A DNA stretch of 61,211 bases, the filler included, from Sphacelaria rigidula (Eukaryota), in assembly GCA_964200075.2 (NCBI GenBank). It is 5 parts of 5 records of this genome, joined end to end, with 100 filler letters (N's around TTAATTAATTAA, not from the genome) between each part and the next. Parts side by side here need not be neighbours in the genome. Positions count along the whole stretch, not along the records: positions 24,529 to 36,690 come from CAXNAA020004062.1; positions 36,791 to 48,951 come from CAXNAA020004063.1; 3 more parts are not named here. One strand, written 5' to 3'. The notes under the pieces are model-generated. The model made no database searches, was not told the origin of the DNA, and saw only the letters and a list, made by a program, of their open reading frames with translations. A program made the translations under genes and the position numbers. Shown piece after piece: positions 26,690-39,351 of this stretch; position 1 is the first letter of the stretch, and the number at the start of each line of letters is the position of its first letter.

Positions 26690-27399
26690 CTCACCCACCC
26701 AGACGAACCTATATTTGAGTTGTGATGAAATCTCGAGAGCAACTAAAATTGAGGCTTGTCTCACCCATCAAGTCATGAGGAGATGACGCGAAAAAAAACA
26801 AGAGGGCAATGACCAGCCCGGTGCCCGATCCTCCCACACCTCAAACAAGAAAAACCAAAGGTGCCTCAAAAAGCGCAATTATGCAATTGCGGTTGACTGC
26901 GCAGTAGCACACAATGCTGCTGCGAGCTAGCGAACACACGGAAAAAGCACACAATGCTTTGACGCGCTAGCTGGATAAAAAGCAAAGGAAAACCTTGCAA
27001 AGGACACAGTGGCAATCTCAAGCAGGAAAACAAAAACTCAAGGGCCCCAATAGGGTCGAGTGCCAGCCAGACAAGGTGGCGGCAGCGTAGAGCCAATCGA
27101 AGGGGGCGAAGGGGGTCCAGAGGACGTCGTCGAAGGGGCTGATGAGGGTAGAGACGAGCCGCGATAGGAGAGCCATCGTAGGTGAAGCAGTGAAGAGGAG
27201 AGCATACCTGAGTGGGAACAAGGGAAGTACCAGCACCAAACTGGGAGGGGAGATGAAAATCGCGATAAAGGGAGTGCGGAGATATAGAACTCAAGATGGT
27301 GCATTGATGTCGTGTGTACGATCGGTATTGCGCTGAAGACCTCGGCGTAGGCCGTGTGACTTGAAGCGTTGTAGGAACCGGGGCCCGCGGGGTGCGGAG

Positions 27400-27566
27400 G
27401 GGCTGGTCATGTGAAAATCGGGGCGGAGCTTGAGCTGAACGGGCCCAGGATCGTCGAGGAAACGCACGATGTACGTGTCGGCCGCTGGGGCATTGACGGA
27501 GTGGATCTGACCTAGCCACCAGAGGTAATCGCTACCCTTATATCACAAGTAGGCATCTTTAGGGGA
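27400..27566 (-). pseudogene. second C-terminal domain, Tudor/Agenet-like
   Basis: Manual translation: PKDAYL*YKGSDYLWWLGQIHSVNAPAADTYIVRFLDDPGPVQLKL. Confidence 0.6.
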
Positions 27567-27569
27567 GTG

Positions 27570-27805
27570 ATGCTACGGTAGGGGTACGCAAATAATTTCT
27601 GATACTAGAATTGTTAGGAGCCCTTTATCTCATCCAAAACACGACTTCTGAAAATATGCGAAAGTACGCCAGGATTACTCTTTCAATGTGCTGGGGATAT
27701 CCCGAATAAATCTGCAAAAGGGGATGCCCTGNNNNNNNNNAGAATCGTTAGGAGCCCCTGAACCAGACATAATTTCGCGAAAAAAGTGCACCCCTACCGT
27801 AGCAT
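27570..27805. mobile_element. MITE family F2 inserted in the Gypsy integrase tail
   Basis: Perfect 16-bp IR ATGCTACGGTAGGGGT / ACCCCTACCGTAGCAT; homologous to 13954-14188; contains a 9-N gap. Confidence 0.75.
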
Positions 27806-27895
27806 TGCTCAGGGTGCGGTTGTTGTTTTGCGCGAATCTTTTCGTCCCATTGTTTGTCTCATGTTGCGATATCCCTTGTTGTCAGCGAGCTGTTG

Positions 27896-28100
27896 CTATG
27901 GGGATTGTATCCAATAGAGAAGGATAGCACGACGGTGCAGTTGAAGGTCGGACTCGCGTTCCCAAGACGCACGCCGAAGACCTTGCCAGTGTGTCTTGTA
28001 CATAACGGTAATTTTGTCGCCAGGGCCTCGAGTGATTTGGTGGCCGGAAATGTGGGACACGGCCAAGCGGAGAGGTTTTTCAGTCACGTCATCGGTGGTA
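27896..28100 (-). pseudogene. integrase C-terminal chromodomain
   Basis: VSHISGHQ...VMYKTHWQGLRRASWERESDL fits the chromodomain pattern Y-x-V/T-x-W-x-G...S/TWE. Confidence 0.85.
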
Positions 28101-28485
28101 ACGTGGTACGGTGGAGATTTTGTTGAGTAGTAGCTGTTGAGCACGTATTGAGTGAGACCTGCAGGCAGGTATTGAGGCATGTCCGTAGTGCCATGCGGGT
28201 TCGTGCAAGGCTTGCAACGATGCACAGAGACGCGAGATTTAGGGTCGTGCCCCTGGAGGTCACGAGGTGAATCGAGGTGGAGGAGTTTGTCGCCAACAGG
28301 CTTGCCGTCACGAGACGTCGGCGAGGGTCCGACTATGAGAATCTTGAACGGCACCGTGCAATTGAGGGACAGCTTGGTCTTCAAGACTGTTGCCTGGGCA
28401 GTGCGGTCAGCACCTTGACAGATGGTGGACAAACTGTTGTAGAGCCAGACCCAATCGCCGATTTTCCAAGTAGGACGTTTGTGCA

Positions 28486-30830
28486 TCAAGTTGTAGAGGG
28501 TGGTGTTGGATCTTTCAAGGCGTGAGGCGTTGATAGCGAATTGTTCGCGCACCAAAGTGAAAGCCTTGCGCGACGAGCCCGGGCGAGGTCGTGGTAGGAT
28601 AGCTGGTCCTTGTCCAGACCTTGGTGACCATCGAAGGTATGTCTTTCGAAAACGGTGATGAGCAGACGAGGGTAGCGTCCAAGGTGTAGCTCGTTGGGCG
28701 AGAGGCCCGTAGCCGCGTTAACCGAATTGTTGTAAGACAGCATGACATGCGAAAGATGAAGGTCCCAGTCATTCTGGCGGTCGTTCATGACCATGGATAG
28801 CATTTAAGTCATTGTGTGGTTTACACGTTCAGTCCCACCATTACCGTTAGGGTGATAGACGCTCGTGGCAATTTTGCGAATGCCGACGAGCTTGTACGAA
28901 GCATCCGAGAGTTCGGAGCAAATACTTTTACCATTGTCGGTGAGGAGCCGTTTCGGGCAGCCATAGTGCTTAATGTAGTCATGGACGAGAATGTCCGCTG
29001 TGCCGGCAGCAGTGAAATCGCTAGCAGTAACAGCATACATAGCCGCGTGACGGCTGAAGCGGTCTGCGAAAAGTAGAATGTAGGTATTACCACGGTCAGT
29101 TGAGGGTAAAGGGCCGAAGTAGTCAAACGATACGAAGTGACCAGGAGCGTTTGGAAGCTCCATGGAAATCACCGGCCATCGCGCAGTCTGTCGAGAGGTT
29201 TTGCGAGCCTGATATTTGAAACATCGTCGGACCCAAAAACGCGTGGATGCTTCCATGCCAATCCACCAATGAAAGCATTCAAGGAGCGTTAACGTGCGCG
29301 TGACGCCTAAGTGGCAGGACAAATCAGAGTGACAGCCCTTCATGACCCACGGACGCATCATAATAGCGACATAGATGCGGATAGGGGCGTCATGACGCAT
29401 ATGTCCCGAAGTGGCAGTTGTTACTGCGGCAGCCGTGGTCAAAGGTGAGTGGAATCGGCGAACAAGCAAATGAACGTCGTCGTCAGTCATGAAGATAATA
29501 CCTTTGCGTGCCAGCTCGAGCAAGTCAGAGGCGGTGGGGGCGGGTAGAGTGCCCACAGAAGTCAGGATCTCAGCCGGGAAAGGGGTGGGGCAGTTAAGCC
29601 GTAAGTACCGCATTGTCGCACAACAGAGCAATTCCTGTTGTTGGTTGCGAGCCCAATCGCGGTGAGAGTAGCTAGGGAGAAATTCTCGAAGTTGTCCTTC
29701 AGTCGGAGAGCCAACCAAACATGGTGGCTCAGGAGGGAGTGGCACAGGTGAAGAAGCAGGGGTGCCGACGTCAACATCTCGATCCGGGGGCCCATCTGAC
29801 GCATGTGTATCGCGAGTCAGTGGCGCAGGTGCTTGGAGACTCCCAGAAGGCGGCGTGGGGGTAGCGCGAACTGGTGAACGCGATTGGCGCGTGGGGCGCA
29901 CAAGGGGTGCGGGTGGTGTTGGTACAACACTGGGCACGCGGCCGGTTCTTGGAGGCGTGGTACGGCCCGTGGGGGCACGAGGCGGTAGCGGTGACGCATT
30001 GCTAGAAGCGGCCGGCGGCGGTGGTGGCATCACAGCACGCGAAGAATTTTCACGAGCTGCCGACCGAGAGCGCGTGTTGTCGGAGATGAGGTGAACAGTT
30101 GATGGTGGTGGCGCCGAGATGCTCGCGAGAGGGCCGAAAGTGCGGAAGTCGGCAAAATCTGCAGCTGTGGGCGCTAAGCCATCCAAAACTGTATCAAGGG
30201 GCAGAGGGCGGGGGGCCCCCATGTGCAGACCTGTTTCAGGGCATTGCAGGTCAAGCGCGTAGATGGGCGTTGAAAAACGCCGAATGGGGTAGACGCCTGG
30301 TTCGTCAGGTTCAGTCAAGCGGCAAGCGGGACTAAAATCTACCGCTGTAGGGGGCAGAGGCAATCGCAGAAGCAGGTCAGCATTGCCGTTAGATTTGCCC
30401 AGACGGTGTTTAACAGTGTACTGGTAAGCAGTCAAGAACTCCAGCCACCGTTGTAAGCGGGGGTTATGTTCTCCAACCTTAGCGAGTTGTTCAAAAGCTC
30501 CGTGATCTGTATAGGTGTGGAAAGGCACGTGGAACAAGTACTGTCGAAGCCGTTTAATAGCCCAACTTATGACTCCGCCTTCTAGTTCGAGTGGACTCCG
30601 GTTTGCCTCATTTGGGAGGGTTGCGCGGCTGACGTACAAAATAGGTCGGACAGAGTCATCCAGTTGAGGCTGATTCAAAACGGCGCCGAACCCATCTGTG
30701 CTAGCATCGGTGTGTAGTTGGAAAAGACGTGAACCGTCTTGTACCGCATCCCAATCCGGGAAACAAAGAACCGGTTTTTCGGTCAGTGTTTAGAGCAGTT
30801 CGCGGACGATGGCTTCCATGTCTTTGGTTA
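28486..30830 (-). pseudogene. pol: pol: RNase H + Pro-rich linker + integrase
   Basis: HTDASTDGFGAVL, LELE, YTDH and NADLL (RH); H-H-C-(Y) zinc finger and the SFDYFGP, LTDNG, GTERVN DDE triad. Frameshift near 30830 and stops near 30789 and at 28804. Confidence 0.95.
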
Positions 30831-33812
30831 ATCAAACAGGACGTTTTTCTTCAATAAATCTGTGATGGGCCGGATCCGCTTGGACAAAGTGGGCAAACCA
30901 TTGCGATAATATGAAAGTCCGCCCAACAGCGAGCGAACCTGCGAAATATTGGTGGGCATAGGCATATCAGTCATACCCTTGACTTTGTTCGTGTCTGGGT
31001 GCAATCCAGCAGGAGAGATAGAGTGTCCCAGAAAATCCGATTCAGTGGCTCCGAGTCGAGCTTTGGATGGAGACAATTTTAAGTCGTGTGTACGCAAGCG
31101 GGAGAGGAATTCCTGTAGAGTGCGAACATGCGCCTTAAGGGAGGCATCAAAAGCGATAGCATCGTCTAGATACATGATGACATGCTCGAGACCGTCAGTA
31201 ACGCGTTGCATGAGGAGTTGAAAGCAGCCAGGTGCGGTGGCAGCGCATTGTGGCATACGAAGCCATACAAAAAACCCTGAAGATGTACAGAGCGCTGTCA
31301 AGGGAACTGTATCGGGGTGAATTGCATTTTGGAAAAATCCAGATGCCAGATCGAAAGTGCTGAATATTTTTCCTCCGCCGAGAGAGTCGAAGATTTCGTC
31401 GATGCGAGGGATGGGGAGTTTTCCCACGACAGTGACGCGATTCAGCCGTTTGTAAGTCACGGTGATGCGCATGTTGCCATCTTTTTTGGGGACAACCACG
31501 AGGGGTGAGGCCCATGGCGAAGACGAGTGTTGAATCAGACCAGCTCCTAAGTATGCCTCCAATATAGCATTGGATTTTTTGGTGAGTACGGGATTTGTTC
31601 GATACGATCGAGATGAGATTGGCAAAACGGCAGGTTGTAGTGTTATCTCGAATGGCAATGTTTTACAATGCCCGAGATCTGTCTTGGATCGGGAAAATCT
31701 GTCCTGATATTCCAGGAGAACATATTGTAGCCCTCGGATGACGGCGGGCTCCCAGCCTGGACCATGTAGGTCAAAATGGATATCACGCAAATGGGGTGGA
31801 AGTTGGTGCCGCATTTGCAGGAAATGTTCCCGAGACTCGACCGATAAGCGTTGAAGCACTTCATCAGGAGGTTCAGCAGGGGATCGGTCGGATTCCACCG
31901 CAGAAATCCGAGTCGGGGGTGAGGCAAATAGGTTGAAGTATGGCTCATCGACGCAGTGGACAAAACCATCAGTCGGCGGCGTGAGATCAGGCGCCGGAGG
32001 GTCGGCTACACAGGGTTCCAGAGGAATGTGCATAAGAGGAGCCGCGGCGATGCCCAAAACATCGCCAGGTTCCAAATTAGCACGGCCTGTGAGAGGCAGG
32101 AGTTGTTCGCCGTACGAGACACAATGGTCAGCGCCAGCGGGCGCGCCAACTTTAGGCAGCAATTCCGCAAGGTAGTGGCCGGTGAGGGCAGGCATACCGT
32201 TGCGGCGAACAAGCAAAACTTCCAAGAGTTGAGGCTCGTCGGAAAGGGTGACGCCAGAACTGCCATTGTACCGAAGATGGTAAGCCGCTCCAGTAGCCTG
32301 CTCATTCCTTTTGTAGGCTAAGGCACAATTGAGGGTACCAAAGTGTTCTAGTTGGAGTTCTTCACGAGGCTCCGACTGAGGCGATAATGGTGGGAGGGTG
32401 CGGTACGTACGTTGGTCAAACTGCATGTAGCTATCTCTGCCAAGAAGGAGAGCATGATGCATGGTGCTATCAGAGACGATGTAAGCCCAGACTGCGAGAC
32501 TAGCCGAATGTGTATCATTGTGGAAAAATTGCACACTAAGACGAACAGATTTTCGTGTCGTCAAGGGTGTTCTGGAGTCGCCGAAACCGCCCCAAACGCG
32601 AGGTTGGGTGGTGATTTCGCAAACATCGTAAGCAGCGCTAGTCTGCTTCATGTGATTCCACATGGATTCTTTGATGAATGTCTGTGGACTACCGCTGTCT
32701 AGCAACGAGACGCACTTGGCGCGCGCGGTGGCGTCAGGGCCGCAGTGTAATGCTACGCGGGTAGTGAAGGTAGCAGGATCAACGGACACCTTACCACCAA
32801 CAAGGTCAGGGCCATGTTCAGATAACGTGAATTGGTCAGGATTAGTCGGACTGACCGTGAAAACGGATGGCGGGTGATCCGCGGGGGGTTCGACGGTATC
32901 GGTAGACAGCGCGGGGGTCTGATCCGATCGTGAAGGGCAGTGTGAATCAGAATTTTGATCAATCTCGTAGATGACTGGCTCGGAGGTACAAGAGTCATCA
33001 TTGAATAGAGATTGTTGCGAAGTGCTACGGGGGTCATCGGTGGAGGATCTCGTACCGTCTGAAAGGTCCGATTTGGACTCCTCTTGGATGCCTGGCAATG
33101 TCATCGAGCTCAAAGTCGCCGCTTTTGGGGGAGAATGAGGTCGGAATTTTCCGCTGACGGGAGGGGGGCGTGTCAATGCTCGCGCTTCCTTGGGGGCATG
33201 ACGACGAGGCTTCCTCTCGTGCCGTGACAAATGGCTGGGAACTTCCAAGACTTCTTGGGGAACTGCAATTGCATCCAGTTGAGGTGATGTTGTCAGTATC
33301 GGAGCATGGTAGGCCGAAACTTGTGGACTGCCCGCTGGCAAGCTCGGTACGAAGGGCACTGCTAAATGTGAAGGGGGACGAGTGTTGTCCACTGTATGTT
33401 GGGGTGGTTTCGCAGAAGAGTGGCGCGAAAAAAGACTACGATCAGGCTGGGTAGGAGTCGAAGGGTTTGAAGTGGTCAGTTTCGAACCATCAACATCAGA
33501 ACCAGTTGAAGAAAGTCTGCTACAACCGGTGCGTGCGGTCGTTGAGGAAAGCCTGTGCCTCAAGGGTCCGCGGTCAGTCTTCCCACACCTCAGATTTATA
33601 CTTAGTTCCGGAGGACCAATTCTGGAGTCAAGCATAGAGCTGGGTTGTGAGTCAACACAACGATTACGCTGTGAATATGACGATAAAGACGGGAGTCGAG
33701 AAGAACGGCCGTTATCAGATCTCCTACATAGTGTTGGCTGAGAACGTTTTGTCACCCGAGTGTGTGTTGGATGAGTCTTCGATGTTGCTATCGGCGGCGC
33801 CGAAGACTTCAC
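30828..33812 (-). pseudogene. pol: pol: aspartic protease + reverse transcriptase
   Basis: LLDSGS and LLGRD (protease); SSSPWASPLVVVPKKDG, FSTFDLASGFFQ, RMPQ, YLDD and FLGH (RT). Confidence 0.97.
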
Positions 33813-34022
33813 GCCGTCGTCGGCGTGTCATGGATCGTTGCGATCCGTCATGAAAGAACCAAGGTTTCTGGCATTGGGGTTGGAGTTGTCGTGAGTCGGC
33901 CCCGTTCGCTGGTGATGACCATGCGAAGACTGAGAAGGGAGGAAAGAACTACTGTATCTCTATGACGACTACCTGAGACGGTGTTGGTGGTGTGGCGGCG
34001 GTCGCGATTTGAGCGAGAGTCG

Positions 34023-36690
34023 CTATGATTGTGAATGGCGAGAAAGTGGACGATACTCGCGCCTGCGTTTTTGCCATCGGCGCCACGCCCGCCTGTTGCT
34101 CTGAAGTTTAGGGTTCATGAGCGGAAGAGTATTGATGCAAGGTTCAGGGTAGTCACGCATACTGTGGCCAGTACCATTGCACTTGGTGCATGTGTTGGCA
34201 TGGCGACGAAAAGCATCCTTGCGAGCCGAAGGCGAAAGCAAGGGTGTCCACAAATGTGGATCATCGGTGGTGAAAGCAGTTGTGGAAACGACATAAACGT
34301 CATCAAAAGTGTCTGCCGAAAAAGGCCAAGCGTCGAAGCTTGCACGGAACGGGTCTTTGTTGCTACAAACAGACATGACCGATCCACCGACAGAGTTGGG
34401 TGTCCAAGTATTGCTGGACAAAGTCTGAGTGCGTCCACGAGACCCGGAGGTACTCGTGGATGCGGCACAAAAGGTCTGCGAAGACCCAGAAGAACATTGT
34501 GTGCCACGAATGGCAGGCGTCAAATTATGCTCTTGATCTACAAACGCATTCCACATCGCGTCTACGGAGGCGTAAGTCACCTCTTTGTGCGCCAAAGCGC
34601 CCGGAAATAGAGACGACATCAGCGTCGGAAATTGCTGAGCGATGCTATTGCGAACATACGTCTGACACATAGCATCACTAGGGTCATTCTGTCGGCCAGT
34701 ACCAGTTACACTAGACACCAAAAGCTTGAATTCGCGTAGGTGGTCAGCAAAGGGCACGTCTGTTGCCACGGCGGAGGAACTGAGGCGCTTGATGGCGCCT
34801 GCCTGATCAGACTTTTTCAAATTGCCGAATAATAGCGGCGCTGTTTGCCCGGCGGCACAATCTTGATCCATGGCGACGAAGAAGTCGAGAATCTGCGTCA
34901 AAGAGGCAACAACGTCAGGGGAGCGACGGCTGATTGAGGGGTGCAAAGCCTTATGCAGCGGTGTTTGCCATCCATCAATCCAGTCAGAGTCTTCGAAACG
35001 TTGTTGACCAGTTGCATCGGCCAACTCAAGGATGTTGCGCATCGTTCGACGCATTGACGAAATGAAAGCGGACGTAAACTGACCAGAGACCTCATTGTCT
35101 GTAGCAGGCATGGTTTTGGTATGCCAGAGTTCTTTACATCCATCTGTAAGTACTCACGCTTGATTGCAGCAACACGAGACGCTTCTCTACGAGTATCGTA
35201 AGCGACTTTATCAGCGGCAGCTTGTTTTTTGGCTGCGGCGGCGGCAGCTAGTGACCGGGCCGAGTTTGAAGACAATGGGCGAGCCGAATTGTCATTATCA
35301 CTATCCGTGAGACTTGAAAGGTAAACAGACGCAGTTGCTAAAGGAGGCGTTACTTGCCTGACGGCCGGTGAGGGCCGCACGGATCGTGCTGAGGCGTGGT
35401 GGCGGTGCCTGGCAATCGATGAACTAGAAGATTGATTACCAGACAGTTTGTGGCTGCCCCAGGTTGTTCGTCGACCGTTGTTGTTGCGGAGGGCCCCGTG
35501 ACCACGGCGTGGTGTGGCCCCGGAAGGGTCGTCGTCAGAGTCGTCATCATCACGACGGTGGCGAGGGGGGTGGGGTGTGATCCAGGCCCCATCATCGTCG
35601 GGCGGCAGCATGTTGTGGGCTGCCCGCATAGCAGCGAAGAGGGCGGCGACGGCGGTCTCATAAGCGGGGCGACTGTCCCCGGTACCAATTGTAAGGTAGA
35701 GGGCAATTCGTTCCATGGTGAGAGCTCCCGGGTCGTTGTGCGGCAGCTGTCCCCCTTGCTGAAGGAAGGGGACGATCACATTATTTATGGACAAAGTTAG
35801 TGAGCGCAAAGCCTGCTCAAAGGCGCGGAGAACATTGTTGCGGTTATACTTCCCTGAAAGTTGGCGTAGCGTCCAAGAAACCAACAACGTTCGCCGCCCT
35901 GAAGGCGGAGCCAAGGTGTGGGCGCAGGGGGCGCCGAGGCGTGAGGGACCTGCCGTGGTGCAGGTGGGGTGCGCGTAGGCGAGGCCGTAGAAGCGGCAGC
36001 AGCAGCGTATGGGCGCGAGGGCCGACGGTTCTCCGCAGAGCCTGGATGTGCAGAGGTAGGCGCAGGCGCTGACGCGGTCAGCGTTGTCCTCAGAAGAGGA
36101 AGGTGTCGCTCCTGTTCCAAAGATCGGAGAGCCGAGGTGGCGATGGCCGTGGCCGCGGTGTATTGGCGCAGGCGATGTTCATCGCGCCGGATGGTGTCGT
36201 GCATCTTGTCAAAGGCCGCGAGACGCTCATTCAGAGTCTCCTGGGCCGCCTGCTGGCGGCTGGTCGCCGAGTCGACGGTTCGACGTTGGCGCGTGAGACG
36301 TGCCGTGAGGTCGTCATGAAGAAGACGGTGGGCAGCGTCGTCCGCCGTTTGGCGAGGCAAAGGTGGTGTAGGGTGCGTGGCCGGTTGCATGGCGCGGTAA
36401 CCCTCGAGGATCTGCTCCTGATCGGAGCGGGGACCTCCCAACCAGAGCCGGGGCGGAAGGCCCGGCGGGGAATGCTCGACGCCCAACAGGGGGCGGTCGT
36501 CCGTGATAGATCCGGGGGCAGGCGCCGGAGCCGAGCCCGTGACAGTAGAAGCCTGCGGCGAAGTGGCCGATTCCTCATCAGTGGCCGTGATGGGGGTGTC
36601 ATCCGCGGCCGCCGCGGCGGGAGCGGCAGTCGCCGCCGCGCTGGGGGCGATTGTCGTGACACGGGTGCTTTCCGCATCTGTGTCGATGTC
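34023..36690 (-). pseudogene. gag: gag-like ORF split over three frames
   Basis: Overlapping ORFs 35797-36486+, 34898-35914 and 34023-35111; zinc knuckle CTKCNGTGHSMRDY (CX2CX4HX4C with the last C changed to Y). Confidence 0.8.
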
Positions 36691-36790
36691 NNNNNNNNNN
36701 NNNNNNNNNNNNNNNNNNNNNNNNNNNNNNNNNNTTAATTAATTAANNNNNNNNNNNNNNNNNNNNNNNNNNNNNNNNNNNNNNNNNNNN
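36691..36790. other. artificial contig spacer
   Basis: Same block; it truncates the 5' end of the Gypsy element. Confidence 0.98.
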
Positions 36791-38449
36791 TATTTCCGCA
36801 CATTAGTCCGATCTCGCGAACCGGTGGTCACAGACATAGGGTCGCCTTTCCAATACCGTTTCCTGCTATTCCTTACCAGGCACATTACCAAAACTAAAAA
36901 TAAGAAGAAGACGCCACGAAAACCGGTGAGAAGTAGATCCCCCGAGTTCAACGGGGAGAGAAAAGAAAGAAAGAAACTAAAACAAACACACATGCGACTA
37001 TGAGTAGCATTCTCTGATGCAAATATCCCCGTGGTCACAGACGGTGAACAAGTGCGGGCGATTGTTTGATGATTCCACCACGCGGCCCTCGAGAAGACAC
37101 CAGCTATCCTGTTGCAGCACATACACTTGATCAGCGTTGATTGCCAATGGGATAAAAAAGAACGACTGCTAATCGAAGATCCCGGCCGATTGAAAACCTG
37201 GAAAAACTACGAAATTGCCGGCAGCGACCAAAACCTCGAGACGAGAAGTCTGAAGTCCCTCGATTTGTTTCCCATTGGTCGGTTGGGTCTGTAGCTTTCA
37301 GAGCTTGCGATTGACTGGTTTCTTTGTTTGTGGCACATGAAGTGATATCCACGACCCCAACTGTCACCATCAAAATGTCCCCAAGGTGAACAAAACGGGA
37401 ACATTCGCTGAAGAGAATTGGAGATGGGAGCACAAAGTGTCAAGTAAACGAAGAAGGAAACAGGAAAAACAGGTGTCAACTAATGAGGATGAAACTAGAA
37501 ATAACCGGCACCTGTAGCATCGCTTCACGTGAAGAGGGTCGTGCGCGAAAAACACACCGATACAAGCTGGGCCGGCCAAAACAAACCATGTTGTGCCAGA
37601 TAGTCTTGATCTTTTGAGCAACACCAAGCCAAGGCATGCTGCGCACATCGTTGTAATCGACAAGCTGAGGCGGTCACGCGAAGTGATCCAGTCTTGTAAT
37701 CTGAAGTGTTGCTGCCGTGAAAACCACGTCTCTGTTTCACACTTTTACTCCATTAGGTTTTGTGTTGGCTTTCCTGAAAGTATTCATCAAACGAAATGGC
37801 TGCAATTTCGACGAACAGTCTAAAGGCGAAACTCCTGATGCGACAAAACAACGGTGGAGGTATCATTTGGTCATATATCGTCATTCCAAAGTTCATCCAT
37901 ACTATATTCTCGGAAGTTTGCGTGCGAATTGATATCAGAACGACATGGAGTATAACCACGCAGAAATAACCTGTTCGAATTAAGGACCTGAGCGTTTGAA
38001 ACGCAATCGGCAAGGTAATTCCTGAAACCTGTCTCGAATCCCTGAGTTTTGTTTTGTCGGGTTACGACCGACTAAGATAACGGCTGATTCGAGTGATCGG
38101 TCGTATCGCGACGAAACAAAAGACTCAGGGTTTCAATACATGTGTCGGCAAGTACCTTGCAAATCACGTGCCTAAATTTCAGGTCCCAACTCGAAACGTT
38201 TGGTTCCGCGTGACGATGTTGACGAAGTCCTGTGCTCTTGCTCGGCTCAGCTTTGTGCACAAAACGGAACAAAACGGCCGTGATAGCAGACTACGGCTCC
38301 CCTCTTTCGAAGCCATACTATTCGGGCATGAGCTGTCACCCACGTGCCCTCACGGAAGCAAGGCAGAAACACTGCTACTGTGTAACATGACGAACTGGGG
38401 AAAAATAAATATTTTTTCCCGTTCAAAAGTCAAATGCTTGATTGTTCCC

Positions 38450-38745
38450 TATTTTTTCATGTCGCACTTTGAACCCCTCCTCTTTCTTGGGACGAGTCCG
38501 TGGTCTCAAGGGATTAACCCACCTCTCCCCGGTACACGCCTTGCGTTTTGATCTCGCGGATAGGGTCAGCACTCCCGCACGGCGTCAACTCTCGTCAAAC
38601 GAACTCAGTTGGCTACGTTTTGTTTACTCACGTACTCACGCTTTCAGCGGTGGAAATCGGATCAAAGAAATAACCCAACGCATCGTGAATCGACCCCTCA
38701 TCCTCTCAACCCTAATGGTGGCAGTCGAATCATTACACCACCGGA
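38450..38745 (-). mobile_element. tRNA-headed SINE, most complete copy
   Basis: Minus-strand A-box-like TGGTGTAATGA (38730-38740) and B-box-like GGGTCGATTCAC, followed by the body and an A-rich tail. Confidence 0.75.
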
Positions 38746-38949
38746 ACGCGGCGGCCGAACTAAACGTACGAAAATTCGGAGGAGTGCGCTTGACCCCTGT
38801 CGGAGAGCGCAGCAAGTCTTGCCGAGGTACACAATTCCCGAAGCCCCGTATACCGGCGAAAATCGGCGCCGAATAGTCAAAATCAGTTTTTTTCGGAGAC
38901 ATGGTTGTTGTAGCACAACACGCGGACTGGAATCCGTACCGTAGACATA

Positions 38950-39330
38950 CCATTTCCGTCGTGCTTCTTTGCTTAGAGTAGACCTTGGTGCACGCTGAAT
39001 ATTCTCAAGGCAATTCCCCAGTATTTGAAAGGGCGGTAAGCGCTTTAGAAGACGTGGTTCATCCTACCGGAAGGATCGTCCCGAACCAAAGTTGACGCTT
39101 GCAGATGAGGATCTCGGCACGCTCACAGTTGGCCATCTCGAGCTTTCCCGTAGGATTCTTGTAACCAACTAGGAAGCTAATCACTGGTAGTCGAATGAGC
39201 GAGGTGGGTAGTGCGCAGACTCTCGAAGTTCTCGGGGCGCAGCATTCATGCCGCACATCCGTACTGCATATTGAGCAGTCGATATCACGGGTAAAACTGG
39301 TTGTGCGGGACCTGTTGCTTGAGCACACAA
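38950..39330 (-). mobile_element. RTE LINE 3' fragment
   Basis: LEMANCERAEILICKRQLWFG aligns with LEMTNCERIETTIRKRQLWFVG at about 44500 (+). Confidence 0.8.
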
Positions 39331-39351
39331 CATCCGTGAGTGTTACATTAA

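Larger units (their letters stand above)
26138..36690 (-). mobile_element. Ty3/Gypsy LTR retrotransposon, chromodomain-bearing, decayed and 5'-truncated
   Basis: Domain order gag-PR-RT-RH-INT-chromo, with multiple stops and frameshifts. Confidence 0.97.
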
